Shown here in pieces: positions 23,082 to 33,470 of a stretch of 64,000 nt of DNA (the stretch's first letter is position 1; every line of letters begins with the position of its first letter). The position numbers were made by a program, and so were the translations under genes. The stretch covers positions 2,976,001 through 3,040,000 of the forward strand of contig OZ361258.1 in assembly GCA_977018835.1 (NCBI GenBank), read 5' to 3'. This DNA is from Minutocellus sp. GHC0000111. Taxonomy: Eukaryota. The notes below the pieces were generated by a model. The model was not told where the DNA came from and made no database searches. It worked only from the letters and a program-made list of their open reading frames with translations.

Positions 23082-23330
23082 TTTAGAATATGTGAGGAGA
23101 ATATTTCTTCCTCTCGTTATGTTCAATACTTCATACAACGCATGTCATTGCCTTCTTCCCTCAATGCCGTCTACTTTGCAACTTCTCTTGGCGCCAAACG
23201 AAAGCCGTGTCAAAGCGAATGAGCACGTCTGTCCGTCAGCCGCGCCGCCAGTTTTCGTCTTGCTTCGCCCGGCAAGGCGCTGCTCTCCCTTGATTTCTCA
23301 CATCACATCCAAACTTTCGTATCAGCAACC

Positions 23331-24350
23331 ATGAGGACCCGCCGCTCGTCTCAAGATGCCGATGAAGCCGAGGCCGACGGCCAGAGCAATACCAGGCAAA
23401 ATGAGGAAGATAATGCGTCGGAATCCGACCAGAATAACGAAGACGACGAAAGCAGTAGTGACAGCGGCAGCGAGGACGAAAGTAGCAGCGACGATTCCTC
23501 CTCTTCCGAAGACGAGGAAGACGACGATGCCAACAACAGCTCATCGCGGGCGGAAGTGAGCCAGGAGGAGATCCAGCACGCCATCGCCCTGGCGTCCGAG
23601 GCGGCTCGCAAGACGTTTGGGTGGGAGGCCTCGCAGAACAGCAAACCAAATGGCACGAGCAAAAGCAAAGGCACGACCAGCAAATTCGGCGGTCCTGGCG
23701 AGGGCAACGCCCTGTCGGACCTCTTCCCTGGCTACACGGCGCCGATGCGGCTGGAGGTGACGTATGCCAAATCGGCTGACGCTGGTAGTAGTAAGGGCAG
23801 TGCAGCGTCGATGGAACAGTCGCTCCAAGAGATGCGCCGCCGGGCGCAAAGGACGGACCGATCGACTGCCTCCCACGTCATCAGCTCCGGCGCTCAATCG
23901 TTCCGAGCGGATGCCATGCGCCACCGTCGTCCGGGATCCAGCGGCGCCTCGTCGTTCAAGATGGGCACCAAGCGCGGACCGGACGGCACCGCCGGCGGGG
24001 GGTGGTTCGGAATGACCCCCGCCGCCCTCACCGACGACGTCAAGGCCGACATTTCCATCATCCGCAACCGTACGTATCTGGACCCCAAGCGTTTCTACAA
24101 GAAGGCGGACATTCTGGACCCCAAGATGGTGCAGGTGGGAACGGTCATTGAGGGATCCGAGGAGTACTATTCCAGTCGCCTTACCAAGAAGCAGCGGCGC
24201 CAGAATCTGGCCGAGGAGATTATGGCCGATGCCGACGTGAAGAAGTATGCCAAGAAGCAATTTACCAAGATTCAGGACTCGCGACAGAAGCGATTTGGGC
24301 AGGGATATGGCAGGAAGAAGCAGCGGACTGGGCGTAAGGGTAGAAGATAG
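23331..24350 (+). CDS. FCF2: rRNA-processing protein Fcf2 (DNTTIP2-like)
   Basis: GWFGM...D..IIRNR..LDPKRFYKK...QVGTVIEG..EYYSSRL.KK.R...AEEI.AD. Confidence 0.9.
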   Translation: MRTRRSSQDADEAEADGQSNTRQNEEDNASESDQNNEDDESSSDSGSEDESSSDDSSSSEDEEDDDANNSSSRAEVSQEEIQHAIALASEAARKTFGWEASQNSKPNGTSKSKGTTSKFGGPGEGNALSDLFPGYTAPMRLEVTYAKSADAGSSKGSAASMEQSLQEMRRRAQRTDRSTASHVISSGAQSFRADAMRHRRPGSSGASSFKMGTKRGPDGTAGGGWFGMTPAALTDDVKADISIIRNRTYLDPKRFYKKADILDPKMVQVGTVIEGSEEYYSSRLTKKQRRQNLAEEIMADADVKKYAKKQFTKIQDSRQKRFGQGYGRKKQRTGRKGRR

Positions 24351-24521
24351 GCTGGTCTGTAGACTAGGTGTGCCGGTGGACGATAAATGGTGAGAGAGAA
24401 CTACCTGTACTTCTACTTTAGCTTGTGGGAGACCAATGAATACTTTCTAAGCATCACGCATTACATGTATATTATAAACTACTAGATTCTCTAACGGATC
24501 TCTAAACATCGAATCAACTTT

Positions 24522-25277
24522 CTATTCTTTGTCATGGTATAGCTCGTCAAGTCCGATGGCAAGGAGTGAAACAAACGCTAGATCAACAGGCTGGCCCTGA
24601 GGACGAACAGAAATATTGTACGAGTCGGCATCCATGAATGTAGACGACAGAGTCCTCTTGCGGCCGATTGTGGCGATTTCAACACCGTTGATGACAATGG
24701 TAAACTTCTTGGCCCTCCAGTTTCCCTGAATCTTGCCAACGGTGACACCATCGACGTCGATCTTGGCATTGCAATTCATCGGGTTGAACATGCCGCTGGT
24801 TCTGAGAGCCACCTTCTTCTCGTTGTCGGGCGTTCCTATGTAGACCGTGGGTGCAATGTCCAACTTCTTGTGACGGAGCTGACCGACCCGGTTGCCGCTG
24901 GCATCGACCAAGTACCGGCGCTGAGACAAAGTGAGAAGTTCGGCCTGGATCTTGAAAAGAGTATTGCCGGCAGCATCCTTGATCTTGGCATCATCGCCCG
25001 TGAAGCTCATGGCCTTTTCTTTCAGAGACAGCTCCGTGGGGTTGGTGGTGGCATACCGAGGGGCGATTGGCGCGAAGGAAGACGTGGGAGAGGTATTGGC
25101 ATCAGATGTGCTAAAAGAACTTGGATTGGGAGTACCGGTATGCATTGGCTTGGTACCGGTAGATGAAGCACCTGGGACTTTGATGCCGGCCTTGTTGAGG
25201 CTGGACATGAGCGAAGGGTCGATCTTGTCGGCGTGCTTGGCGGCAACTTTCATGAGGGACTTCTTTGGGCAGGGCAT
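24522..25277 (-). CDS. LURP-one-related (LOR/Tubby-C-like) protein
   Basis: LKEKAMSFTGDD..IKD..GN..FK; R.LVDASG; IQGNW....F.I; DSY.I.V...VDLAF...L...LDE. Confidence 0.8.
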   Translation of the reverse strand: MPCPKKSLMKVAAKHADKIDPSLMSSLNKAGIKVPGASSTGTKPMHTGTPNPSSFSTSDANTSPTSSFAPIAPRYATTNPTELSLKEKAMSFTGDDAKIKDAAGNTLFKIQAELLTLSQRRYLVDASGNRVGQLRHKKLDIAPTVYIGTPDNEKKVALRTSGMFNPMNCNAKIDVDGVTVGKIQGNWRAKKFTIVINGVEIATIGRKRTLSSTFMDADSYNISVRPQGQPVDLAFVSLLAIGLDELYHDKE

Positions 25278-25594
25278 GTTGTTGTAGGTTGAATAGATGG
25301 ACTTTTGACTTTTGACTTTTGGCTTTGCTTTGTTTAGGTTTGTAAAATAATGAGGTGAAGAGAGTTGATAAATGTGTTGCTCCTGCTCCGTTGGTTTTCG
25401 AGGATTCTTGCATCCGGGTTCTCCATAAACCGGGAATCAGGACCAAGATGCAAACGGGATCCACTATTTTTCCGGATTCGATTCTGAAAAGATCGGATTT
25501 CAGCAGATTTCATTTCAGCATAGCTGATGAGAGTCACTTTGCAACTTTGCCTCCATCCAACCAGTCAGTCCACCCAGCCAACCTCCTCGCCAAG

Positions 25595-26662
25595 ATGGCG
25601 AACCAGCTTGCCCCCGATCTCCCCACCACGGCGGCCGACGTGACCGTCTACGACCAGAGCGATGGTCTCTACGGCGAGCTGATCGACGCACCGTCCGTCC
25701 TGGCGTCATCCCAAGCCCAATCCTCTTCCTTGGAGGGAGCCGATCTCACAAACGCCGCCACCAAACTCTGCTCGATCACCTACGGATACGCAGATAATCG
25801 CGACGGCCACGACCGCACCGGCATCCAATTCCTCAACTATTCCTCCTCCTTCGTCCTCATTCGCTGGATCGATGCCGACGGTCACCCCCGTCCGTCGCAC
25901 GTTTGGACCCTGGCACCAGGCCAGGATCTCGTCCAATCGACCACGCCGGGGCATGTATTTGTCGTCTCGGCCGTGATGCAGCACGGCGAGGAAGATTTGT
26001 TCGGCAGCGACGAAAGTGAGGCTGTGGTGGGTGCCTACCGACCGAAGCGGTCGCTGCCCAGCGGTTCCAATCACTGCGTGCAGATTCACGACGGGGAGGG
26101 GGATTCCTCGGCGGCTGCCACTGCTACATTCGGCCAACAACCAGATCCCACCTTCATCCTGGAGGTGGTGCTTTCGGATCCAACCATGCATGATGCGCTG
26201 GTGGTATCGGCGTCGTGGATCGATCGGCAGATTGTGCTGGGTCAGTCGCGACAGGACAGCATCAAGGTGTTGGAACTGTTGCACAAGGTCGTGTCCAATG
26301 TCATCAAGCATCCCGACGAGGTCAAGTATCGCAAGCTGAGACTGGCCAATGGGACGGTCCGAAAACACATTGGGGAGCATTGGTGCGTGCTGGACTTTCT
26401 CAGGGTGTTGGGATTTGACAAGGCGATGCTGCCGGCCATGGATGCCTCTGAGCAGCAAGAGGAGTATCTGCTGGCGGCTCATCCGCCCACGGAAACCAAG
26501 CTGGAGCTGCATCGAAAGGCCGTTGCACTGTTGGATATGCTCCGGCAACGATGCTCGGCTGGATTCGTTGCCGATGTTGCCCCGCCGACTCCGTGGGATG
26601 AGCCCATTGTTCTAAGCGGTGGAGGCGGAGGCGGTGGACGTCGGGGAAGAGGCGGTGGGTGA
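25595..26662 (+). CDS. VHL-beta-like plus PUB domain protein; the frame continues 42 codons past the TGA to 26791
   Basis: IQFLN.....IRWID.DG.....L.PG....QSTTPGHVF (VHL beta-like); KVVSNVIKHPDEVKYRKLRLAN...LRVLGF (PUB). Confidence 0.75.
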   Translation: MANQLAPDLPTTAADVTVYDQSDGLYGELIDAPSVLASSQAQSSSLEGADLTNAATKLCSITYGYADNRDGHDRTGIQFLNYSSSFVLIRWIDADGHPRPSHVWTLAPGQDLVQSTTPGHVFVVSAVMQHGEEDLFGSDESEAVVGAYRPKRSLPSGSNHCVQIHDGEGDSSAAATATFGQQPDPTFILEVVLSDPTMHDALVVSASWIDRQIVLGQSRQDSIKVLELLHKVVSNVIKHPDEVKYRKLRLANGTVRKHIGEHWCVLDFLRVLGFDKAMLPAMDASEQQEEYLLAAHPPTETKLELHRKAVALLDMLRQRCSAGFVADVAPPTPWDEPIVLSGGGGGGGRRGRGGG

Positions 26663-26998
26663 GGTTTCTTGTTGGACGAAGATCGATGGTCCCGTGTCGA
26701 GAGAGTGCGCAACTTCCGCCGCAGGGCCGGTCCGAGGCCCCGTCCGGGCAATGCTCCGAGCGATCGAGGCCGCTGGGGAAGGCCGAGATGAAATGAAGCC
26801 GATAGTTCATTGTATAAGTGGGGATAAAATAAATATACATGACAAGAAACTCAAATGCACTGTCTAATGAAAGCTCTATCATAATTGCTGCACCAAAGTA
26901 CTGCGTGTGGAATCAGTTGATGCGAAGATTGGAAATACAATCCGCACAAATCCCAAACATAAAACATCTCGTACCCCTCCACACGTTCACAAAAAATT

Positions 26999-27783
26999 TT
27001 AGCTCCGAAGGTTGGCCAACCGAGCCTCGAGGTCGTCGGTGACCGCCGCCGGCTGCTCCACCTCGGGCTGCTTCTTGGACACCAACCCGGCCTCCTGGAA
27101 GGCATCGCCGAGCTCCAGGTTGTTCTCGTCGGCCACCATGGAGATCAAATCGTCCACCTGCTCGGCCGGCGTCGCCGTGGCCGTGGTGGCATTCATCGCC
27201 CCGTCCATGTACTGCGCCTTGACGTCCAGATCCTCGAACTGCCTCTCGAACTTGTCCATCGTCTTGGACAGTTTGTCAATGTCCATGGACTGCAGCCCCA
27301 CCGACATCCCCTTGGTAACGCCCTGCATGCTCTTGGTGACCTCCCCCATCCGGACGGCTGTTTCTATCCGGGAGGCCACCGCGTCGACCCTGCTGGCCAT
27401 CTTCATGAAATTGAGGGCCTGGTTCTTTTCTCGTATGGCGTCCTGGCCGTAGATCCTGGCACCGTCCGAGTTTCCCTCCTTGATGGCCTGCGGATTTGCG
27501 TGGGGAAAGTTGTGGGGGTGTATGTGGTGGGTGAGCGAAACGTGCCGAATATTAATGAGAAACACACGGAGAGTAGTGGATTGGATGGATTCAGCGAATC
27601 ATTGGGAGAACACACACATTTATTTGTGCTTATGGAATTAGAAATTTCTATATAACATACCTTCTTGAGCTTCTCGATGGCGGCCTTCTCGTTCTTCTCG
27701 CACTTCTTGGCCGACCTCTGCATCTGCTTGGACGTTATGCGCAGGTTGACCAGCTCATCCTCGAGCGATACCTTGTTTCCCAT
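26999..27783 (-). CDS. CHMP1: ESCRT-III CHMP1/Did2/Vps46; intron 27488-27660
   Basis: LRITSKQMQRSAKKCEK..KLKK|AIKEGN.DGARIY..AIR.KNQ..SRVDAV..MDKFE.QFEDLDV; C-terminal MIM-like DDLEARLANLR. Confidence 0.95.
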
Positions 27784-28228
27784 CGTGCTTGGATCGGAGT
27801 TGTGGGAGGTTTATGTTCTCGCGTTCGGCCGCCGTTTCTCGGAAAGAGTTTGTTATCGGATTAAAAAGTACAAATGCGGAAGTGACGCACGGAGCTTTAC
27901 GTGGATCTCTCTCGGATTCTTGCCCTGGTTTGTCGTTCAGCGTTGAGCCGTGGTCTTGCTCTTGGACCGACCGAGCAAGTTCTGCGCTTGCGTAGCGTCC
28001 GTCTTGCCTCTTGCCTTGCTCGCTTTTCGGTCGGTACCACTCCCGTTTGCTTCCGGGACTCATGAAAAGGAAAAGATACCTCGGGAGATAAGCAGGGGTG
28101 CGGATTTTCTCCTGACACGCGAAAAGATCTCCCGGCCAAGAAAACAGAAGGCCATCATCCACCGGCTCATCAATCAGCTCATAAATCCAATCAATCGCAA
28201 GATCAAATACCAAACAATATCCGAAACA

Positions 28229-28540
28229 ATGACCACGAAAGAGGCCAGCTTCACAGAAACACTCAACGCCGAGGCCGCCGTCCTCAAGAAGCGATGGAGC
28301 GATCAGCTGAAAAAGGCCGGCGCGACCGATGATGCAAAGGACAGTCCCAAGCTCGCCAAGCGACTCACCGTATCGGGCAACTGCTGGGCCGACTGCGCCG
28401 AGGTGGAGGCCTTGAATGCCGCATGTACCAAGGGCATTACAGGTCTCAAGGGCGATTCTGCTATTTGTCAGGCAGCTAGCCGGTACTTTGCCATCTGCAA
28501 AGAACGAGACGAATTTTGTCAGGATCCAACGGAGAATTAG
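28229..28540 (+). CDS. Small twin-CX9C (CHCH-like) protein, 103 aa
   Basis: C-AEVEALNAA-C and C-QAASRYFAI-C; coding-like codon usage; divergent from CHMP1. Confidence 0.6.
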   Translation: MTTKEASFTETLNAEAAVLKKRWSDQLKKAGATDDAKDSPKLAKRLTVSGNCWADCAEVEALNAACTKGITGLKGDSAICQAASRYFAICKERDEFCQDPTEN

Positions 28541-28802
28541 CGAGGGCTCGTGATGCAATTGCATCGACAGGAAGGTCAGAGGGAGTAAGTATGGGAAATG
28601 AAACGAAGGAGTGGGCTATCAGTGGCTTAAAACACTACAATGAGATGAATGTGCACAACGAATAGCATTGACATACTGTTGCATGAAAAAGAATTGGTCC
28701 AGACTATCCACATTTATTTTTCGCAACCCTCTTTTCTTAGATACATGTTACACTTTTGAATGAGCAACACGCACTCGTAAATGTAAGCGAGCAATTAAAT
28801 CA

Positions 28803-30392
28803 TCAATTATTATTCTTGGCTAGCATGTCCCTCTTTGCTCGAGTCTGGGCAAAACTCTGCTCCATCGCCTCGTTCTTACTAAATGAGCCAAATCGTTCCA
28901 TGATAGCATTTTGCTTCTGGGTGCACTGATATGCCTTCATGATGGTGGCATCGCTCCTTGGATCGATATCGGTGAACATATCTTCTTGCAGGTCCATCAG
29001 AGCCTGTGCATGATCTCGAACAACGTACGTAATTACATTTGCGAATTCCTCGTCAGATGGGAACTCTTCGGTAGCACCCCATCGTTCTGGCTCGAGCTCC
29101 ATCATGACCTCCTTGAGAGCCTGAGTTACTCTGCTGACAAATCCTTCATCCAAAGTCCCAGTTTCTTTCAGGTTTGATACTATGCGATCCCACTCGTCGC
29201 CTGCGAGAAATCCAATCGGTATCGTCTCCATAGAATTCCAGTAGGACTCATCTGATTTGATCTCCATACGATACTCCTTTCCTACCCGTTGCAAAAGTGC
29301 CCAACGCAAGTGTGCGTAGGTCAAGAACCACACATTGCTATCTAATCCCATGGTCAGATGCACAGATATTTCAGCAATGGCATTTTTGTTGTTCGATTCC
29401 ATTCCAGTGGCAGAAACTGTATCGGTGGTATGCGGGAACCCTTGCGGCACATACAAGACATCGCCCTTCCGTATCACGGCATGAATCAATGGCTCTCCCA
29501 GCTCTTGGTCGATATCTACGACGTCCCCGTTCTTTCCTCTATTCATAGGATCGACTCCCTTCTTTCTCAGAGGTGGGGCATACACCCTCCATCGTTTGGC
29601 GCCCTGCGTCTGAATACATAAAACATCCTGCTTGTCGGTATGCGGAGGCACCGAGACGGCGCATCCTTGTGGCGTGACGTACACATTGACGTTGTCCGGC
29701 AGTCCAAAGGCATATCCCGTCAAACGGCAAAGAGCGCCCAAATTGGGCCACAGACTCCCAGCGTTGTTGAAATAAACCGTCCCATCTTGCAATGCCTCTT
29801 CCACCTCAGCCCACGTCGTTGGTCGGGCAGGGTTTTCCTTCAGAGAGCGAAAGGCCCATGTATCCGTCTTGGTTCCATTCCTTAATATCTCGGCAGTGCA
29901 ATGCCCATTAATATAAGAGCCATCAATTTTCCGTAGGTGCTGTTCGACTGTAAACGTTCCCGCTATCAAATTATCATTGATTCTGTTCCTTTCGTCGTCC
30001 CCACTGAAAACATCTGACGATCGAATGTGGAGCGGTCGTTTGTGCCAGTATTCGTTCCGAAAAGTTGGCGATTGAGCCAAACCACGCAAGAATGCATGAG
30101 CAGCTTTTCCGTCCTTTGACGTTTCCCTGGTAAAATCTTGAATTGCGTTGATAGTTTGAGAGGAAATCTTGGTAGAATCAGAGTCAGATGCACATTGTTT
30201 TTCGTCATTGACAAGGTCCAGTGACGAACGAATGTCGGAGAGGACGGCTTCCCGATGCTCATCGCTTGCGGGGGCTGAGAAAAGTGAGCATGTTCGAGTT
30301 ACCGCTTCAGATGATGACGATGCATTGGCGATGACCAAAGGGGTGATAGCCAAGCATAGTAGCAAGGCGGTAAATTGCCGATGGGCGCCCAT
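28803..30392 (-). CDS. JmjC/Cupin_4 (NO66/MINA/RoxA-like) oxygenase with signal peptide
   Basis: F..EYW.KRPL; NVYVTP; PPHTDKQDV..IQ.QG.KRW.VY; GDVLYVP.GFPH; SVHLT. Confidence 0.88.
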   Translation of the reverse strand: MGAHRQFTALLLCLAITPLVIANASSSSEAVTRTCSLFSAPASDEHREAVLSDIRSSLDLVNDEKQCASDSDSTKISSQTINAIQDFTRETSKDGKAAHAFLRGLAQSPTFRNEYWHKRPLHIRSSDVFSGDDERNRINDNLIAGTFTVEQHLRKIDGSYINGHCTAEILRNGTKTDTWAFRSLKENPARPTTWAEVEEALQDGTVYFNNAGSLWPNLGALCRLTGYAFGLPDNVNVYVTPQGCAVSVPPHTDKQDVLCIQTQGAKRWRVYAPPLRKKGVDPMNRGKNGDVVDIDQELGEPLIHAVIRKGDVLYVPQGFPHTTDTVSATGMESNNKNAIAEISVHLTMGLDSNVWFLTYAHLRWALLQRVGKEYRMEIKSDESYWNSMETIPIGFLAGDEWDRIVSNLKETGTLDEGFVSRVTQALKEVMMELEPERWGATEEFPSDEEFANVITYVVRDHAQALMDLQEDMFTDIDPRSDATIMKAYQCTQKQNAIMERFGSFSKNEAMEQSFAQTRAKRDMLAKNNN

Positions 30393-30545
30393 CGTTCCAC
30401 GCGAGGTTGCTTCAAAATGAAGGCGATCTCGGTAACCCCCTCTTCAATAACCCCTCTCTATTTGCATATGGCTCATAACTAGTCGAGCTCTGCCAGTCAT
30501 TTCACTCGCCATCATTCTCGATCGTACATTCAAGCAAAAGCAACC

Positions 30546-30962
30546 ATGCGCCTCCTCACCCACAACACCCTTCGGAACAACACGGCTGAGGCCAAGGGCA
30601 AGGGCTATCCACTGAAAATCACCGCCACTGAAATTCGAGTCGACGACTCCAACACACCGAACAGCACACCCGAAGATGCTCAGCGCGAGGTAGCCTTCGT
30701 CAAAGGCATCCTGGGTGTGCTGGATTGGCCAACACTGATTCAGGGTGCGTCGGCCATGGGGCTCAAGACGCTGCCGCCCATGCTCACAGAGGAGCTGGCG
30801 GCTGATCCTCAGTTTCTGAGGGCGCTCTACCATGTGCTGATGAATGTTCACTTGGTCAGAGGGATGCTGACCTGTCCGGTGACTGGACGCGAATTCCCCG
30901 TGACCAATGGTATTGCCAACTTTATGCTTGAGGAGGATGAATGCGAAGCTGTGCGATACTAG
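30546..30962 (+). CDS. TRM112: Methyltransferase activator TRM112
   Basis: MRLLTHN.L; GYPLKI; LDWPTL; G.L.CP..GR.FPV.NGI.NF.L.EDE. Confidence 0.95.
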   Translation: MRLLTHNTLRNNTAEAKGKGYPLKITATEIRVDDSNTPNSTPEDAQREVAFVKGILGVLDWPTLIQGASAMGLKTLPPMLTEELAADPQFLRALYHVLMNVHLVRGMLTCPVTGREFPVTNGIANFMLEEDECEAVRY

Positions 30963-31510
30963 AGAGGCCTCAATGTTTCCTTTCCAAAAGTTACGAAAGG
31001 TAGCCCCGCGGAACAACGACTTCCGGCACGAGAACAAGCAAAAACGAGAGCTCCAAGCAGAGAATGCCCTCACATACACACTTTCAAGCTCGTCGAGAGT
31101 TTTCCTTCACTTGGTCAGATTGGTCCAGCACTTTGTTTTTGAGGTTTTCTCAAGCATGCGGGGTTGCCGATAAGGAGAAAGAAATCCTGCATGTGCAGTA
31201 ATGGATTTTTGCGACATTGACTAACCTCAATCATATCCTTTCGTGGAGTGCCCTCTACTGCGAGTACAAAGCATATCTCATTACGGAGCGGGTCGCTTTC
31301 GACGAATGAGGACCCACCAGAAATTTCTTGATGAAATCGATGCAGTCATCATCGTGGGTGTGAATGTCGGAATGGTTCTGCCATATATTCATTTTTGGTG
31401 GATGGCAGATTGTAATGCGATGCGTTTCTGCGAATCGAATCGACTTTGGTGCTGATAATGGAAATTGAAACCAACTAGCGCACCGATACTGATGCATGAT
31501 AAAATATATA

Positions 31511-32260
31511 TGTTAGTCCCAAAATGCGCACTGTCCCAGTTCGCGAACTGGGATCCCAGTTTGCGAACTGAGATTCATTTATCCCAGTTTGCGCACTGGG
31601 CCCCAGTTCCCAAACTAGGATCTCAGTTTGCGCACTGATACTACCAGAATGGAAACTGAGATAAACACGCCAATCCGAATTTGGGAACCAGACGAGTTCG
31701 CGAACTGGAACAAAAATGAATACCAGTTTGGAAACTGGCATTCTCGGCAAGTGTCAGAATGGTAACTGCCGGTGTTGGCTCATGCACAATGATTATGTAC
31801 TGGTAGATCTATCTACAATACAAGTTGCACTGTGCATCATATCTTGAATTTGCAAGCTACATGTACTGGTACAGTAGCAACATGATGCCGGCATAGCACA
31901 GATGCATGTACAGTTCATGACTTATATTTGCCAGAAGCAGCTAGCTAGATATTATTATTTATTCACTATATGTATTTAGTATCAGCTAATGCCAATTTAT
32001 TGAGTATCAGCTCCGGCACTAATGTCGTCTGGACGTCTGGACCAGGTTTGGGCTGTGTTGCTTCACTATGAAAAAATGAAGCGAGGAGAAGCAAAGGCGA
32101 TATCATCCATGCTAAATATTCATTATTTCTCGATTGATCCCAGTTTGCAAACTGAGATTGTGCCTATGATCCCAGTTTCCAAACTGGGATAAATAAATCC
32201 CAGTTTCCAAACTGGGATCCCAGTTCGCGAACTGGGACAGTGCGCATTTTGGGACTAACA
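31511..32260. mobile_element. MITE (~750 bp) with long terminal inverted repeats, inserted in a TA run
   Basis: 53-bp perfect TIR starting TGTTAGTCCCAAAATGCGCAC, continuing imperfectly to ~90 bp. Flanked by TATATA. Multiple CCAGTT-N4-AACTGG-type palindromic subterminal repeats. Confidence 0.92.
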
Positions 32261-32328
32261 TATATATCATACGAGTATCTTTGTAAACAACTATTCATTA
32301 TGCATGTCCACCCATTTAAAAAGTCTAC

Positions 32329-33375
32329 TCATGTAAGCAACGAAACGACTCCAACGGTGACCAATCCTGCTGCAACCAGCAGCATGCCCGCCCTCATTTT
32401 GTCTTCGTCGCTGGCCAGCTCACTAATATCTGCCGCACTGACAGCTCGATTGTACCATCCTACCACGGCTGCTCGTTGGCTCTTGGTATCCAATACCTCA
32501 TGTGGGACCTGATCCGACTTGAACAGCACCAACGTGCCACCTTTGGGTTCCACATCAATGTAGTTTGGCTCCTCACCCTCCGGCAAAAAATCTCCACCAG
32601 AATCAAAGTGCATCCGCAGCTGTCCCTCATCTTTGGGAGTCCAATTTTCATTCAGATACAAGAGCAGACTGTAGCAACGCAGAACAGATGCCGAGCCGGG
32701 GATGGCATCTCGGTGGCGCCTGTAAAACCCTCCCTGTGGATAATAGGCGTACAGAAGCTCAGAAAGCGTCGAATCCAAAGCTGGCGCAGCCTTGATCAGC
32801 TCGCCGGTAGTGGTCGAGGTTTCATCCAGTACAGAATTGCCACTCAGATCATCTCGCACCCCATCCAGCGCATCGTACAACCGTTCCCTCGCGGCGTCGG
32901 GGGAGTCTTGGAGCTTTGTCCTGCCAATGAAGCACGTTTCCGCTACCCGAATGTCCGTGTTGAGCTTGTTGGTGGCATCCTGTCCAATCCTCGCGACGTT
33001 GAACTTGGAATTGGAACGGAGAGACGACACGTCGGCGTTCAGCTGCGACACCAAGTCGGCGGGCAAAAAGTTGGGAATTATCGCATACCCCTTGGTGGAC
33101 AAATCCTGAATGGCAGAGGCAGGCAGGCATGGTACAGAGGTTCTACTGCTGCTGGAGGTGGAGGTGGCGGTCGATTGGATCTTAGAGGATGTGCTGAAAG
33201 CTCGATGGGTGTTCGTGCCAGTATGGGAGGTGGGGATGAACGCCCCAGCAAAGGATGTACTAGTAAGGAACAGAAGATAGAGTGCCGCCGCCGCACCACT
33301 GGCGGTTGATGATCGAACGTTCCTCGTCGGGGTCATGGTGTCAAAGTAAGCGAGCAGTTCCCAGCGAGGCGCCAT
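32329..33375 (-). CDS. 2OG-Fe(II) oxygenase (EGLN/prolyl-hydroxylase-like), probably plastid targeted, with C-terminal TM
   Basis: Y.RHRD, LLLYLN.NW...G.LR, P.GGTLVLF.S..VPHEV....R; hydrophobic stretch followed by AGAF-IP and an S/T-rich transit-like segment. Confidence 0.88.
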   Translation of the reverse strand: MAPRWELLAYFDTMTPTRNVRSSTASGAAAALYLLFLTSTSFAGAFIPTSHTGTNTHRAFSTSSKIQSTATSTSSSSRTSVPCLPASAIQDLSTKGYAIIPNFLPADLVSQLNADVSSLRSNSKFNVARIGQDATNKLNTDIRVAETCFIGRTKLQDSPDAARERLYDALDGVRDDLSGNSVLDETSTTTGELIKAAPALDSTLSELLYAYYPQGGFYRRHRDAIPGSASVLRCYSLLLYLNENWTPKDEGQLRMHFDSGGDFLPEGEEPNYIDVEPKGGTLVLFKSDQVPHEVLDTKSQRAAVVGWYNRAVSAADISELASDEDKMRAGMLLVAAGLVTVGVVSLLT

Positions 33376-33470
33376 AGGTTATGAGTCAAAAATCGAAGCG
33401 CCAAAGTCAGCTTGCGGCCGGCGCTGCTGCTGCAGCCGGTCTCATTTTATTCTGCGATCCTACTTCCAAC

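Noticed and set aside
26660..26662. Selenocysteine reading of the in-frame TGA
   Set aside because: Lies in a low-complexity RGG tract, not a redox motif, and no SECIS was recognised.
27755..28564. 269-aa minus-strand ORF
   Set aside because: Antisense to the twin-CX9C gene and the shared promoter region; no motifs.
31534..31740. CRISPR-like appearance of spaced palindromic repeats
   Set aside because: Irregular short spacers, mirrored as a TIR at 32.2 kb, eukaryotic context and no cas genes; these are MITE subterminal repeats.
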